Of a stretch of DNA of 64,000 nucleotides, positions 47,203 through 56,921 are shown piece after piece. Positions within the stretch are counted from its first letter, which is position 1, and each line of letters starts with the position of its first letter. The notes under the pieces were generated by a model. The model searched no databases, was not told the DNA's origin, and saw only the letters and a program-made list of their open reading frames with translations. Made by a program: the position numbers and the translations under genes. The DNA comes from an uncultured bacterium (lineage in GTDB: Bacteria > Verrucomicrobiota > Kiritimatiellia > PWTM01): the NCBI GenBank assembly GCA_900661335.1, contig CAACVY010000002.1, forward strand, positions 3,955 to 67,954, given 5' to 3'.

Positions 47203-48246
47203 TCATGGGCGCACTCGTGGCGCAAGAATCCAAAGCTCGTTGCGGTGGTTGTCCAACACCACATCGAACCGGCTGAGCAGACGTAGGCCGATACGGCTCA
47301 TGTTCGGAAAGCCAAGTCCTTGTTCTGTGCGGCTGGAGACCCGGACGTTCCGAAACACCACCTCGCCCAGCGACACCTGACGCAGTGGGGTGAGGGAGGC
47401 TTCCTCCTGCACAAATTCAAAGTCGCCGGCGAGATCGATCAAAACCGGTCGGATTTTGCCGTCCACGCTGGCGTTCACAGCCAGCGCGTTGTATCCGGGC
47501 AACAGGGGCAACCGGTCCAACACGCGGGGATGATCCGGTTCGAGTTGCAGCGGCCGGCTGGAGAACACGATCGCCCGTACGGAAAACTCCCAGCTGACGT
47601 ACTCGAACGCTCGGAGGAAAGACCAACCGAGGACGGCGTCCACATCATGCGCGTCCGCCGAACGCGACAGCGGCCATAGCGGCCCGCAGATGGGACGGGC
47701 ATAAAACAGGGCCCCCGCGACGGTCATGACATCCACTTGCAATTCCGGGGACACGCACAGGGCGCCACGCCCAAGCTCCGGCACGTGGTTCGGCTGACCG
47801 TAGATCAAGGGCGGTCCCAGGGGCACCATCCCGTACTTGCGCGCGCGCTCGACCGAGGTCCAGTTGCCGGCCGACGTAGGATCGACCAAGAAGCGCGCGG
47901 GCCGTTGGCCAATCTGGCCCTCCAGGATGGGCAAGGACGAATACTCTGGTCCGGCTAGCGGAACCAACGCCACCAGGTCGGGACGCACACGGTGTGCATT
48001 CACCACCCGCGGCGTTTGGTTTTCATCCAAGGTGATGGTGATCGCAAATTCGCGCGGATCGCGGGCCAGCTGCGTGAATGCTGCGAGTTCCTTCTCGGTG
48101 TAGGGCCGGATCGCTTGGGTCCGGTGCGCGGCCCATGGCAGAGGTACGGAGCTACAACTCGCTCCGATCATCGCGATTCCAATGAGGCCCCACGTGCGCC
48201 GGATGACTTGCGACCTCCAGTGTGTCCACCATGACCAGATATTCAT
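47203..48246 (-). CDS. Paralogous two-domain retropepsin-like lipoprotein with degenerate catalytic motifs
   Basis: Lipobox-like IGASC. Same two-lobe layout, but VDPTSAG and IDLAGDF replace D-T/S-G. Start lies 4 nt after the gpsA stop; the next gene starts 7 nt after its stop. Confidence 0.5.
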   Translation of the reverse strand: MNIWSWWTHWRSQVIRRTWGLIGIAMIGASCSSVPLPWAAHRTQAIRPYTEKELAAFTQLARDPREFAITITLDENQTPRVVNAHRVRPDLVALVPLAGPEYSSLPILEGQIGQRPARFLVDPTSAGNWTSVERARKYGMVPLGPPLIYGQPNHVPELGRGALCVSPELQVDVMTVAGALFYARPICGPLWPLSRSADAHDVDAVLGWSFLRAFEYVSWEFSVRAIVFSSRPLQLEPDHPRVLDRLPLLPGYNALAVNASVDGKIRPVLIDLAGDFEFVQEEASLTPLRQVSLGEVVFRNVRVSSRTEQGLGFPNMSRIGLRLLSRFDVVLDNHRNELWILAPRVRP

Positions 48247-48250
48247 CGTT

Positions 48251-49246
48251 TCAACCCCGTTCAGGTTTGGGTTCCCGTTGAAGAAGCCGTGCGACGGCTT
48301 CGGCGGGCGAAATCCGGCCGTGGACGACATCCCGAACCGCCTCGGCGATCGGCATCTGGACCCCGTGGTGTTCCGCGAGCCGCGCCGCGTGGTCGCAGTT
48401 GGTGACGCCCTCCACAACGTACTCCACGTTCTTCAAAATCTCGGCCGGGCATTCGCCGCGCCCGATTCGCTCGCCGAAGTTTCGGTTTCGGCTGCGGTGA
48501 CCATAGCAGGTGAGCATCAAATCGCCCACGCCGCTCAGCCCGGACAGTGTGGCAGGGTGCGCACCCGCGGCCACCGCCAAACGAGTCATTTCCGCTAAAC
48601 CTCGTGTGACCAGCGCCGCCTTGGCATTGGCGCCCAGACCGAGGCCGTCGCAAACACCGGCGGCAATCGCGATCACGTTTTTGAGCGCGCCGCCCAACTC
48701 CACCCCGATCACGTCGTCGCTGGTGTACACGCGGAAGCTCGGACGCACGAACCACTGTTGCACCGCCCGGGCTTGGCCATGATCGCGACAGGCCGCGACG
48801 ACTGCGGTGGGCCAGTCCTGCGCCACCTCAACCGCAAAACTGGGCCCCGACAATGCCACTACGGGGCCCACGCCCCAGATCCGTTCGATGGTCTCCGTCA
48901 TCCGCCACAGATGCGTGGGGTGGAGCCCTTTCGTCACACTGACATACAGCGCATGCCGCGAGACCCGACCCACGAACCGGCGGAGGACGCTGTCCATATG
49001 CCCCGACGGAACCGCGACGACGACCAGTTCCACGTTCTGCATGGCCAGGTCCTCGCGGTCGGTCCATTCTAGTTCCGGAGGAAGCGGAATCCCGGGCAAG
49101 AACCGGCGATTTTCGCCCGCGGCGATAGCCTCGTGCACATGTTCGGGAAACGGGCTCCAAATGCGCACGCGTCGCCCGTTGCGAAGAAGCACCAACGCCA
49201 GGGCCGTGCCCCATGCGCCGTCGCCGATGATCGTAGCGCAACTCAT
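48251..49246 (-). CDS. gpsA: NAD(P)H-dependent glycerol-3-phosphate dehydrogenase
   Basis: IIGDGAWGTALALVL Rossmann motif and GALKNVIAIAAG. ATG overlaps the plsY stop (ATGA). Confidence 0.9.
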   Translation of the reverse strand: MSCATIIGDGAWGTALALVLLRNGRRVRIWSPFPEHVHEAIAAGENRRFLPGIPLPPELEWTDREDLAMQNVELVVVAVPSGHMDSVLRRFVGRVSRHALYVSVTKGLHPTHLWRMTETIERIWGVGPVVALSGPSFAVEVAQDWPTAVVAACRDHGQARAVQQWFVRPSFRVYTSDDVIGVELGGALKNVIAIAAGVCDGLGLGANAKAALVTRGLAEMTRLAVAAGAHPATLSGLSGVGDLMLTCYGHRSRNRNFGERIGRGECPAEILKNVEYVVEGVTNCDHAARLAEHHGVQMPIAEAVRDVVHGRISPAEAVARLLQREPKPERG

Positions 49247-49932
49247 GGATGTTCAGTCGTTTGGCCTGTTGGGGGCGCGCCTTGGTTGGCCGCCGCCAAG
49301 GAAGGGTTGCTCCGCCCAATTTTAGGTTCCGTACCAGCGAACAGCCGTTGCAGATTGGTTCGGTGGCGCACTACCACCAATAGTCCCAACGCGGTCAATG
49401 CCCACGGCCGCCACAGGTCGTGGACGCCATACAAGGCCCACGCCGCCAGGGGCACCGTGATGGCCGCGCAAATCGAGGCCACGGAGATATAGCGGGTGAG
49501 GCCCAGCGCGACCAGCCAGGTTCCCGCGCCCACCGCCGCTGCCCACGGCGCGAGGCCCACGACCACACCCGCGCCGGTGGCGACGCCTTTGCCGCCTCGA
49601 AATTTTAACCACACCGGCCATGTGTGCCCCACAACCGCGCCGACTCCGGCGACCAGGCTCAGGGGGCATCCGCCTGGCAGCGGCGAGCTCCATGCACGAT
49701 CTGCCAACGCGACCGCGCCCCAGCCTTTGCCGGCGTCGAGCACGAACACGAACCAGCCCCACGCCCGCCCGAGAGTCCGACCGACGTTGGTCGCGCCGAT
49801 GTTCCCACTGCCAACGCGTTGAATATCCACCCTGTGGGCCTTGGCCACCAGCCACCCGAAAGGGATCGAGCCCAAGAGGTAGCCTAAGGCCGCTGCCATG
49901 ACCGTATCGGGCCAGAACATGTTGTGGATCAT
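49243..49932 (-). CDS. plsY: Glycerol-3-phosphate acyltransferase PlsY
   Basis: LGYLLGSIPFGWLVAK...GSGNIGATNVGR...FRGGKGVAT. Start is ATG 49932 or 49920. Confidence 0.85.
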   Translation of the reverse strand: MIHNMFWPDTVMAAALGYLLGSIPFGWLVAKAHRVDIQRVGSGNIGATNVGRTLGRAWGWFVFVLDAGKGWGAVALADRAWSSPLPGGCPLSLVAGVGAVVGHTWPVWLKFRGGKGVATGAGVVVGLAPWAAAVGAGTWLVALGLTRYISVASICAAITVPLAAWALYGVHDLWRPWALTALGLLVVVRHRTNLQRLFAGTEPKIGRSNPSLAAANQGAPPTGQTTEHP

Positions 49933-50115
49933 GTCCCAGACGAATCCGAACCGCAAGCTTGGAGGAGTGGTCGGGCTTTTGCAGGCCGATGGCGCCGCCT
50001 ACCGGGGGATGCGGTCTCGCCGCGACGGCAGTCCAATTTCCGCAGAGTTTTTCCCATGGTTGTGCGAAAGCATGGACAGGGGCGGTGGACTCGGGATGTT
50101 GGGAGGCAACGCCCG

Positions 50116-50336
50116 TCCAAGCGTTGGAACAAACTCGACCTAGAGTTTCCAAGGTTTGGGCGAATCAAGCCATGGATGGTCCAATCCTGGAACGGTGGGC
50201 CAGTGATCCGTTCAAGACAGCTGAGGTCGTTTGTCAAGGGGTTGGGGGCAGTTATGCACAGGTCGCCTCCGTGGGCAGCTTGAGTTGTTGGGCCAGGGGT
50301 TGGACGCGCAGGGCACATCTTGGTCCAAACCTTGGC
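50116..50336. repeat. Extended array of 32-bp-phased TCCAA-N3-TTGGA-type units (locus 3)
   Basis: Cores at 50116 (TCCAAGCGTTGGA), 50148 (TCCAAGGTTTGGG) and 50180 (TCCAATCCTGGAA), with a degenerate one at 50244 (TCAAGGGGTTGGG). A second phase set lies at 50292 (GCCAGGGGTTGGA) and 50324 (TCCAAACCTTGGC). Intergenic between the alpha-galactosidase stop and the plsY start. Confidence 0.7.
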
Positions 50337-50367
50337 CACGCGGGGTAGACTCGTCTCCCACCACCGC

Positions 50368-52455
50368 TTACGGCGCGGGCGGCGTGGATAGTTGCTTGGC
50401 CATCTCGGCTTCCCACGTGGTGGGTGGCCGCGCCGGAGTCGCCCGCGCCGTGGCGTCCTCGGGCCACAGGCGGAAAAGTTCACACCCGTGGCGCGGAAGT
50501 TCAACTTCCAACATTTGCTCGAACTTTCCAAGATCGCGTTGGCGCCACAGATCGCGGACTCGCCATTGTCCGCCAATGCGGAGGTCTCCCCATTCGACCC
50601 GCGCCACTTGGCGTTCCTCATCGAGGTTGAACACACCCACGGCGAGCGAGCCATCGGCGAGTTGGCGGGCCCAAATTTGAACCGGCCCGCGCACCGCGAC
50701 CCGAGAGGCAGCGCGCCCCAGTGGATCTTGGTTGATTTCGAGCACTTCGCCGTTCGTAATCAGGTTGCGGGTGAAGTCGTCCATGGTGGTGAGGTCGCAC
50801 CCGAGAAACAGCGGAGCGGCGAGCAGGCACCATAGCGTCACGTGCGTGTACTGTTCGTTGGGCGTTAGACGGGTCGGGCGCTGCACCGCACCCCATCCAA
50901 CCCGGCCGATGACCAGCATGTCCGGGTCGTTCCAGCCACCGGGGCCCGCAAACAGTTCGAGGCCCGCTTGGCCGAACCCAATGCGGCGAACCGACTCCCA
51001 TGTGTCCTCGATATCGCCCGTGGTGCGCCAGAGGTGGCCGCCGGCGGTCCGTCCCCACGCGGCCACGTTGCCTTGGCCGTACTGGCAGATGCTATAGACG
51101 ATGTCGCGTGGTTGGCGCCGGAGCAGTTCCGCCATGCATAGGTACGGCTTCATCAGTTCTTGCAGTGTGGATCCCCGGGCGACGCGGGCGTAGGTGCACC
51201 AGTCGTATTTGAGGAAATCGAAGCCCCACTCCGCGAACTGGGCGGCATCGAGGGCTTCGTGGCCGTAACTGCCCACCGCACCGGCGCAGGTCTGTGGGCC
51301 GGGCGATGAATAGATGCCAGCGCGTAGCCCGAGATCGTGGATTCTGCGGACCATTCCGGCAAGGTCGGGAAACCGCGCGTTGGGTTGAATCCGCCCTCGC
51401 GTATCGCGACCTGGGCCGCGCACGGATGGGTCGTCCGAATCGGGAGCTTGCTGCCACATGTCGTCCACGACGACGTACGACCACCCGTAGCGAGCGAGTC
51501 CCTGGGTGACCATGGCGGCGGCTTGGGCTTCGACGAGGTCTTGCCGCACCGCGGGGCCGTAGCAATTCCAGCTATTCCATCCCATGGGCGGCGTGAGGGC
51601 GAGTGCGTCCCCGATCACGAGCATTAGGGTACCCGTGGCCGCGCCATGGCGGTTGGCGGCACTGAGCTGCACCATGTACTGGCCGTTTGTTGGCGTGCGT
51701 CCTTCAATGCGCAGCCGGGCGGCATCGAAATGGAGACCTGGGGGTAGGGACGCGACCGACACGGTCAGCGGTTCTTCACCGGTGATGGGCAGAGTGAACA
51801 GGAAGGGCCGGTGAGCTCGGGCGCCGATGACCCGTGGTGCCTGAAAACGAGGCGCGGGATTGGGGGGTGGTGTGCGTAGTTGCGGCGGTTCCTCAGGAAT
51901 GGGGGAAAGTGGCCGCACGGCTTCGTTGGCGACTATGAGCGTGGGCTCTGCCCAGTTCGCCACGTCGTCCGTAGTACCGTCGCCCGCGTCGGTGACCCGC
52001 AGGGCGATTCGACGATGGCCGGTGAGATCCAGTTCGACCCGAACAGGCAAGTCGCCACCGCGCAGGCACGGGCTCGTCCAGACCAGTCGGTCTCCATCGC
52101 CAAGAATTCGGAAGATGACGCTGCCGCGACCCGGCCGGACTAGGTCGTCCACTCCGACCCAAGCCGTGAACCGGACCGGCCCGTCGGGCAGCTCCAGACG
52201 CCACAAACTTTCCGCGTGAACGCCTATTCCGCGAGAGAAGGTACGTCCGCCCATTTGGATCGGTTGACCTCGGACGTTTCGGTTGACCGCGGGTTTTCCC
52301 CAACCGACGACCAGTTGGGAGAGGTCCAGCGTTTCCAGCGGGATTTCCACGGGGCGCCCGTCCGTGGCGATGCAGATAAGCCCCCACACAAACGGACCCA
52401 CAAGCCGGCGGCAACGATGAGCTTGACTCAGCATGCCAAGGTTCATGATCACCAT
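50368..52455 (-). CDS. Secreted alpha-galactosidase (GH27) with N-terminal NPCBM domain
   Basis: NPCBM-like block (GWGKPAVNRNVRGQPIQMGGRTFSRGIGVHAES). GH27 motifs PPMGWNSWNCYG, VVDDMWQ, LKYDWC. Start is ATG 52455 or 52446, around the folK stop. Confidence 0.8.
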   Translation of the reverse strand: MVIMNLGMLSQAHRCRRLVGPFVWGLICIATDGRPVEIPLETLDLSQLVVGWGKPAVNRNVRGQPIQMGGRTFSRGIGVHAESLWRLELPDGPVRFTAWVGVDDLVRPGRGSVIFRILGDGDRLVWTSPCLRGGDLPVRVELDLTGHRRIALRVTDAGDGTTDDVANWAEPTLIVANEAVRPLSPIPEEPPQLRTPPPNPAPRFQAPRVIGARAHRPFLFTLPITGEEPLTVSVASLPPGLHFDAARLRIEGRTPTNGQYMVQLSAANRHGAATGTLMLVIGDALALTPPMGWNSWNCYGPAVRQDLVEAQAAAMVTQGLARYGWSYVVVDDMWQQAPDSDDPSVRGPGRDTRGRIQPNARFPDLAGMVRRIHDLGLRAGIYSSPGPQTCAGAVGSYGHEALDAAQFAEWGFDFLKYDWCTYARVARGSTLQELMKPYLCMAELLRRQPRDIVYSICQYGQGNVAAWGRTAGGHLWRTTGDIEDTWESVRRIGFGQAGLELFAGPGGWNDPDMLVIGRVGWGAVQRPTRLTPNEQYTHVTLWCLLAAPLFLGCDLTTMDDFTRNLITNGEVLEINQDPLGRAASRVAVRGPVQIWARQLADGSLAVGVFNLDEERQVARVEWGDLRIGGQWRVRDLWRQRDLGKFEQMLEVELPRHGCELFRLWPEDATARATPARPPTTWEAEMAKQLSTPPAP

Positions 52456-52976
52456 TCGTTTTTCCAACGGCGAACTTCGCCGGAGCTCGCGTCGAGCAAA
52501 GCGAGAATTTCCGCGACTGTTTGGGATTGTCCAGGCAGGCGGAGGTTGGGGCGGACGTCGGCGAGGGGCTGGACCACGAAGCGGCGGGTGGCCCATCGGG
52601 GGTGGGGGACCGTGGCGACGTCGTTGTCCAAAACTTCGTCGCCACAATACAGCAGGTCCACGTCCACCGTGCGCGGCGCATTTCGGTCTTCAGTTCGGAT
52701 TCTGCCGAGGGACGTTTCGATTTCATGCAGCCGCTCCAGCCACCACGGTGCGGTCCATGGCGCCGCGACGATCAGCACAGCGTTGAGGTATTTCAGGTGC
52801 TGGTATTCCGGCCGAACGCCGACCGGTTCGGTTTCGTAGAGGGGCGAACAGGCCACGAGCCGCACCTCGGGGAGTGCAACAATCTTGGCGCGGGCCGCGC
52901 GAAGATGGGCTTCGCGGTCCCCCAGGTTGGACCCGAGACTGAGTCCGACTTCACGTTCATGGGCGAGAGCATTCAT
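52449..52976 (-). CDS. folK: 2-amino-4-hydroxy-6-hydroxymethyldihydropteridine diphosphokinase
   Basis: LGSNLGDREAHLRAA...SPLYETEPVG...RTVDVDLL...VPHPR. Confidence 0.85.
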   Translation of the reverse strand: MNALAHEREVGLSLGSNLGDREAHLRAARAKIVALPEVRLVACSPLYETEPVGVRPEYQHLKYLNAVLIVAAPWTAPWWLERLHEIETSLGRIRTEDRNAPRTVDVDLLYCGDEVLDNDVATVPHPRWATRRFVVQPLADVRPNLRLPGQSQTVAEILALLDASSGEVRRWKNEW

Positions 52977-54147
52977 TGCGTTGGCGCTCCTCCATGCATT
53001 CGCGCAACACCGCGTGCAATCCGTCCACAAAGGACTGGATGCTGAACCGCTCGGCATTGCGCCGGATCCGCACCGGATCCCATGGGGTGCGGTCGAATCG
53101 TTGCAGCGTTTCGATCAGAGATTCTTCTGTGGGCTCGGAAAACCATAGGCCGGTGACCCCGTTGACTACGGACTCCGTCGCACCGCCACGACCGTAGGCC
53201 ACGACGGGACGCCCGCAGGCTTGCGCTTCCACGGGCGCGAGGCCGAAGTCCTCCTCGCCGGGGAAGATCAGACAACGGCAATGCCGGTAGAGCTCGCGCA
53301 ACGTGGGGTCGTCCACGCGACCCAGGAACTGCACGGTGGGGCCTGCCAGCCGTCGTAAACGACGTTCCTCGCTTCCGGTCCCCACCACGCGCAGGTTGCG
53401 GCGTAGGTGGTTGCACGCGCGGATGGCGAGGTCCACGCGCTTGTAGGGTACGAGCGCAGCGACGACCAGATCGTAGGGTTCCGGGGTCGCGGTGGGGGCC
53501 TCGTGGGTTGGGGTAAAGAAATCCAAATCCGCGGGCGGGTACACGACGGTCGCGTCGCGTTCGTAGAAGTCCCAGATTCGATGCCGGACGTGTCGGCTGA
53601 GCGTCACGAACCGATCCACCCGCGCCGCCGTGGCGACATCCCAGCGTTGCAGCAGGTGGATCAGTGGGGCGGCCACATGCTGCCCGATGGAGCCGAGATA
53701 CTCGCGGCGGAAGGACCAGACATAGCGCATGGGGGTGAAGCAGTAGCACACATGGGCCGCGCTGGGCGGCGGCCGTACGGCTTTGATCGCGCAATGGCTG
53801 GTGGAGAGCACAAGGTCCGCGGGGGGCAGTTGCAGCCGTTCAACGGCGAGCGGAAACAGCGGTAACAGTGCCCGGTAGTAGCGATGCACTCGAGGCCAGC
53901 GCTGAAGAAACGACGTGTGGATGGTTCGATGGCGAAGCCGCGGCGAGAGGGCGTCAGGCCGGGCCAACAAGGTGACGATGGGCGCGGATGGGAATCCCTC
54001 AGCAAGAATCTCCAACACGCGCTCGCCACCTCGCATGCCGACTAGCCAGTCGTGGGCGAGTACTACCCGCCACTGTGCCCATTCGTCCGGAAACTTTGGC
54101 ATCGTTGCATACGCCACAAAGGGCATGTTCGCGCCTATGGTAGGCAC
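52957..54147 (-). CDS. Glycosyltransferase family 4 (GT-B, group 1)
   Basis: VLAHDWLVGMRGGERVLE N-terminal block and EDFGLAPVEAQACGRPVVA C-terminal motif. The true start may be ATG 54102. Confidence 0.75.
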   Translation of the reverse strand: MPTIGANMPFVAYATMPKFPDEWAQWRVVLAHDWLVGMRGGERVLEILAEGFPSAPIVTLLARPDALSPRLRHRTIHTSFLQRWPRVHRYYRALLPLFPLAVERLQLPPADLVLSTSHCAIKAVRPPPSAAHVCYCFTPMRYVWSFRREYLGSIGQHVAAPLIHLLQRWDVATAARVDRFVTLSRHVRHRIWDFYERDATVVYPPADLDFFTPTHEAPTATPEPYDLVVAALVPYKRVDLAIRACNHLRRNLRVVGTGSEERRLRRLAGPTVQFLGRVDDPTLRELYRHCRCLIFPGEEDFGLAPVEAQACGRPVVAYGRGGATESVVNGVTGLWFSEPTEESLIETLQRFDRTPWDPVRIRRNAERFSIQSFVDGLHAVLRECMEERQRNECSRP

Positions 54148-54811
54148 GCCGGGTGGTTCTGGAAAGCGGCACGCCGAGGATGCTCATAAAAAGCTCTCCA
54201 GGGTCGGGTTGGGCCATGTGGATCAGCAATTGAATTCCAAAGTAGGCGACCAAGATCGTTCGCATCGACACGGGAGCGGATTGGTCCCTGTGCCGTTCGA
54301 CTCCGGGTCTGAGGATTCCTTCGGTGCAGCCGAGAGACCCCGTGAAACAACGTGGTCGCGTCGAAAGGATCCTCAGTGGGCGACCCGCGCACTGGCACTG
54401 CGCCCACAGGGTTGCGGGGATTCAAGTGTGCCAGCGCGGAGGGCGATCCTTACATTTCCCCATGGGGACGTGTCGACGTCGTCGGTACAGGCGAATGGAA
54501 ATGTGTCGGTTGCAAGCCTGGGCGCGTCCTTGCGTATGGGATGTAGCACAATCGGCGCGGCGGCCGCGGAGGTGCAATTCGGGGTGAATTGTTCGGTGGT
54601 TCTGCGATTGGTTTCACGACCCTTCCGCGCGACTTTAAGTCCTCTGCTCTTGCTAAGCCGGTGCGTCGGGGAGGGGCGGCTTGTCAGCTTGTCGAAAGTA
54701 TTCTATGGTACTTCAGTCGGACCTGCCCGTGTCTAAGAGTTTTTGGACTCGTTGAGGACCATGTGGGATTTTTGCGTTCGTGACCAGGCGGTCCGGGGTC
54801 GAGGTACGAAC

Positions 54812-56914
54812 ATGTTGGATGCATTTTGGGCACCTTCATCGGTGGCGGTGGTCGGGGCGTCGAAGTCGCCCGGAAAAGTCGGGAATCGGATTCTCGCCAA
54901 CCTGATCGAATGCGGTTATGAGGGCGAGATCGTGCCGGTGAATCCGGCAGCCACGGAGATCATGGGGCGGCGATGCTATCCGAATCTGGCCGCATATGGA
55001 CGCCCCGTGGACTTGGCGGTCGTGGTGGTTCCACGCGCAGGCGTGATGGACGCGGTCCGGGATTGCGTGGCCGCGGGCGTCAAAGCGCTGGTCGTCATCA
55101 CGGCGGGCTTCAAAGAGGTCGGGGCAGAGGGAGCGGCGTTGGAGCGGGAGCTGGTTTCGGTGTGTCGCTCGCATGGTGTGCGACTGATCGGCCCGAACTG
55201 CCTCGGGCTTTTAAACACCGCGACGAAGTTGAACGCCTCGTTTGCGAAGGAATGGCCCACGCGCGGGCATATCTCATTCGTTTCGCAGTCCGGTGCGCTG
55301 GTGTCGGCCATTTTGGACTATGCCGTTCTGCATGGGCTCGGCATTTCCAAGATGATCAGCATGGGCAACAAGGCCGACGTGGATGAGAACGACCTCATCC
55401 ATGCGTTGAGCCAGGATGACGACACACGGGTGATTGTGGGCTACTTGGAGAGCATCATGGACGGCAACCGTTTTTTGCGGATTGCCGAGACCGCGGCCAG
55501 CCGCAAACCCATCGTGATTTTCAAGTCTGGCGTCACGCAAGCGGGTGTGCGGGCGGCGTCCTCACACACCGGTAGCCTAGCGGGTGCGGACATCGCCTAC
55601 GGTGCGGCGTTTCGTCGAGCCGGCGTGATCCGCGCCGAGACGTTCGAACACATGATTGACTATGCGATGGCATTCGCGATGCAGCCGTTGCCGAAAGGGA
55701 ATCGGGTCGCGGTGATCACCAACGCAGGTGGGCCCGGGATCATGGCCGCCGACGCCGTCGAGCAAACGGGTTTGGTCATGAGTTCATTGACCCCGGCGAC
55801 CGCCGATGTATTGCGCAAGCATTTGCCGCCCGCGGCGAGCGTGGCCAATCCCGTCGATGTACTCGGTGACGCGGACCCGGAGCGGTACGCCATGGCCGTG
55901 CGAATGGCGCTGCAGGATTCCCAGGTGGACATGGTGTTGGTGCTCCTGACTCCGCAGGCGGTGACCCAGGTGGTCGAGACCGCGGAGGCCGTGGCCTCGG
56001 CCGCGGACGGTTCCAAACCCGTGCTCGTGTCGTTTATGGGCGGGCGGGACGTGGCGCCCGCGGTTCGGTTGCTGATGGAGCGGAACATTCCAAACTACCC
56101 ATCGCCCGAGCGCGCGGTCCAAGTCCTGTACGCTATGCATCAGTACGTGGCTTGGTTGAAGCGGCCGCCTCGAGTGATCATGCGATTCCCCGTCAACCGC
56201 CGCCGCGCCGAGCGGATCATTGAGCGTCACCTGCGTATGGGCCAGTTTCAGGTGGGTGAGGTCGCGGCCAAAGACATCCTGCGGGCCTACGATTTCAACG
56301 TGCCTCCGGGCGCCCACGCATTGACCACCGATGAAGCGGTCGAAGCGGCGGAGCGAATCGGGTATCCGGTCGCAATGAAGATCGTATCGCGCGACATCAT
56401 CCACAAGTCCGACATCGGCGGGGTGCGCCTGAACCTGGATTCCCCCGAAGCGGTCCGCGACGCGTTCGACTTAATGATGGTGCGCATTCGCCAGCGCGTG
56501 CCGGAAGCGCGGCTGGAGGGCGTATACATTGAAAAGATGTGTCCTCGCGGGCGCGAGGTGATTCTGGGCATGGTACGAGACCCGCAGTTTGGCCCCATGC
56601 TGATGTTCGGCTTGGGTGGCATCTTCGTGGAAGTCATGAAGGACGTGACGTTCCACATCGCTCCCATTACCCGCGATGAGGCTCGGCAGATGCTGGAGGG
56701 CACGCGCTCGTATGCGCTGTTGATGGGTGCCCGCGGGCAGGCCCGCGTGGACGTGGATGCCATCGCGGAGAGCCTGCAGCGGATCAGCCAGCTGGTGACC
56801 GATTTTCCGGAGATTCAAGAAATGGACATCAACCCATTTATCGTTGGGCCTGTGGGGGGTGTGTCGTTGGCCGCGGATGCCCGCATCACCCTCCGGCCCC
56901 GACGTAAAGGATGA
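54812..56914 (+). CDS. ADP-forming (NDP-forming) acetyl/acyl-CoA synthetase, fused alpha-beta type
   Basis: CoA-binding VAVVGASKSPGKVG, ITAGFKE, phosphohistidine loop ASSHTGSLAG, and a C-terminal ATP-grasp (GYPVAMKIVSRDIIHKSDIGGV). Confidence 0.85.
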   Translation: MLDAFWAPSSVAVVGASKSPGKVGNRILANLIECGYEGEIVPVNPAATEIMGRRCYPNLAAYGRPVDLAVVVVPRAGVMDAVRDCVAAGVKALVVITAGFKEVGAEGAALERELVSVCRSHGVRLIGPNCLGLLNTATKLNASFAKEWPTRGHISFVSQSGALVSAILDYAVLHGLGISKMISMGNKADVDENDLIHALSQDDDTRVIVGYLESIMDGNRFLRIAETAASRKPIVIFKSGVTQAGVRAASSHTGSLAGADIAYGAAFRRAGVIRAETFEHMIDYAMAFAMQPLPKGNRVAVITNAGGPGIMAADAVEQTGLVMSSLTPATADVLRKHLPPAASVANPVDVLGDADPERYAMAVRMALQDSQVDMVLVLLTPQAVTQVVETAEAVASAADGSKPVLVSFMGGRDVAPAVRLLMERNIPNYPSPERAVQVLYAMHQYVAWLKRPPRVIMRFPVNRRRAERIIERHLRMGQFQVGEVAAKDILRAYDFNVPPGAHALTTDEAVEAAERIGYPVAMKIVSRDIIHKSDIGGVRLNLDSPEAVRDAFDLMMVRIRQRVPEARLEGVYIEKMCPRGREVILGMVRDPQFGPMLMFGLGGIFVEVMKDVTFHIAPITRDEARQMLEGTRSYALLMGARGQARVDVDAIAESLQRISQLVTDFPEIQEMDINPFIVGPVGGVSLAADARITLRPRRKG

Positions 56915-56921
56915 TTCTACG

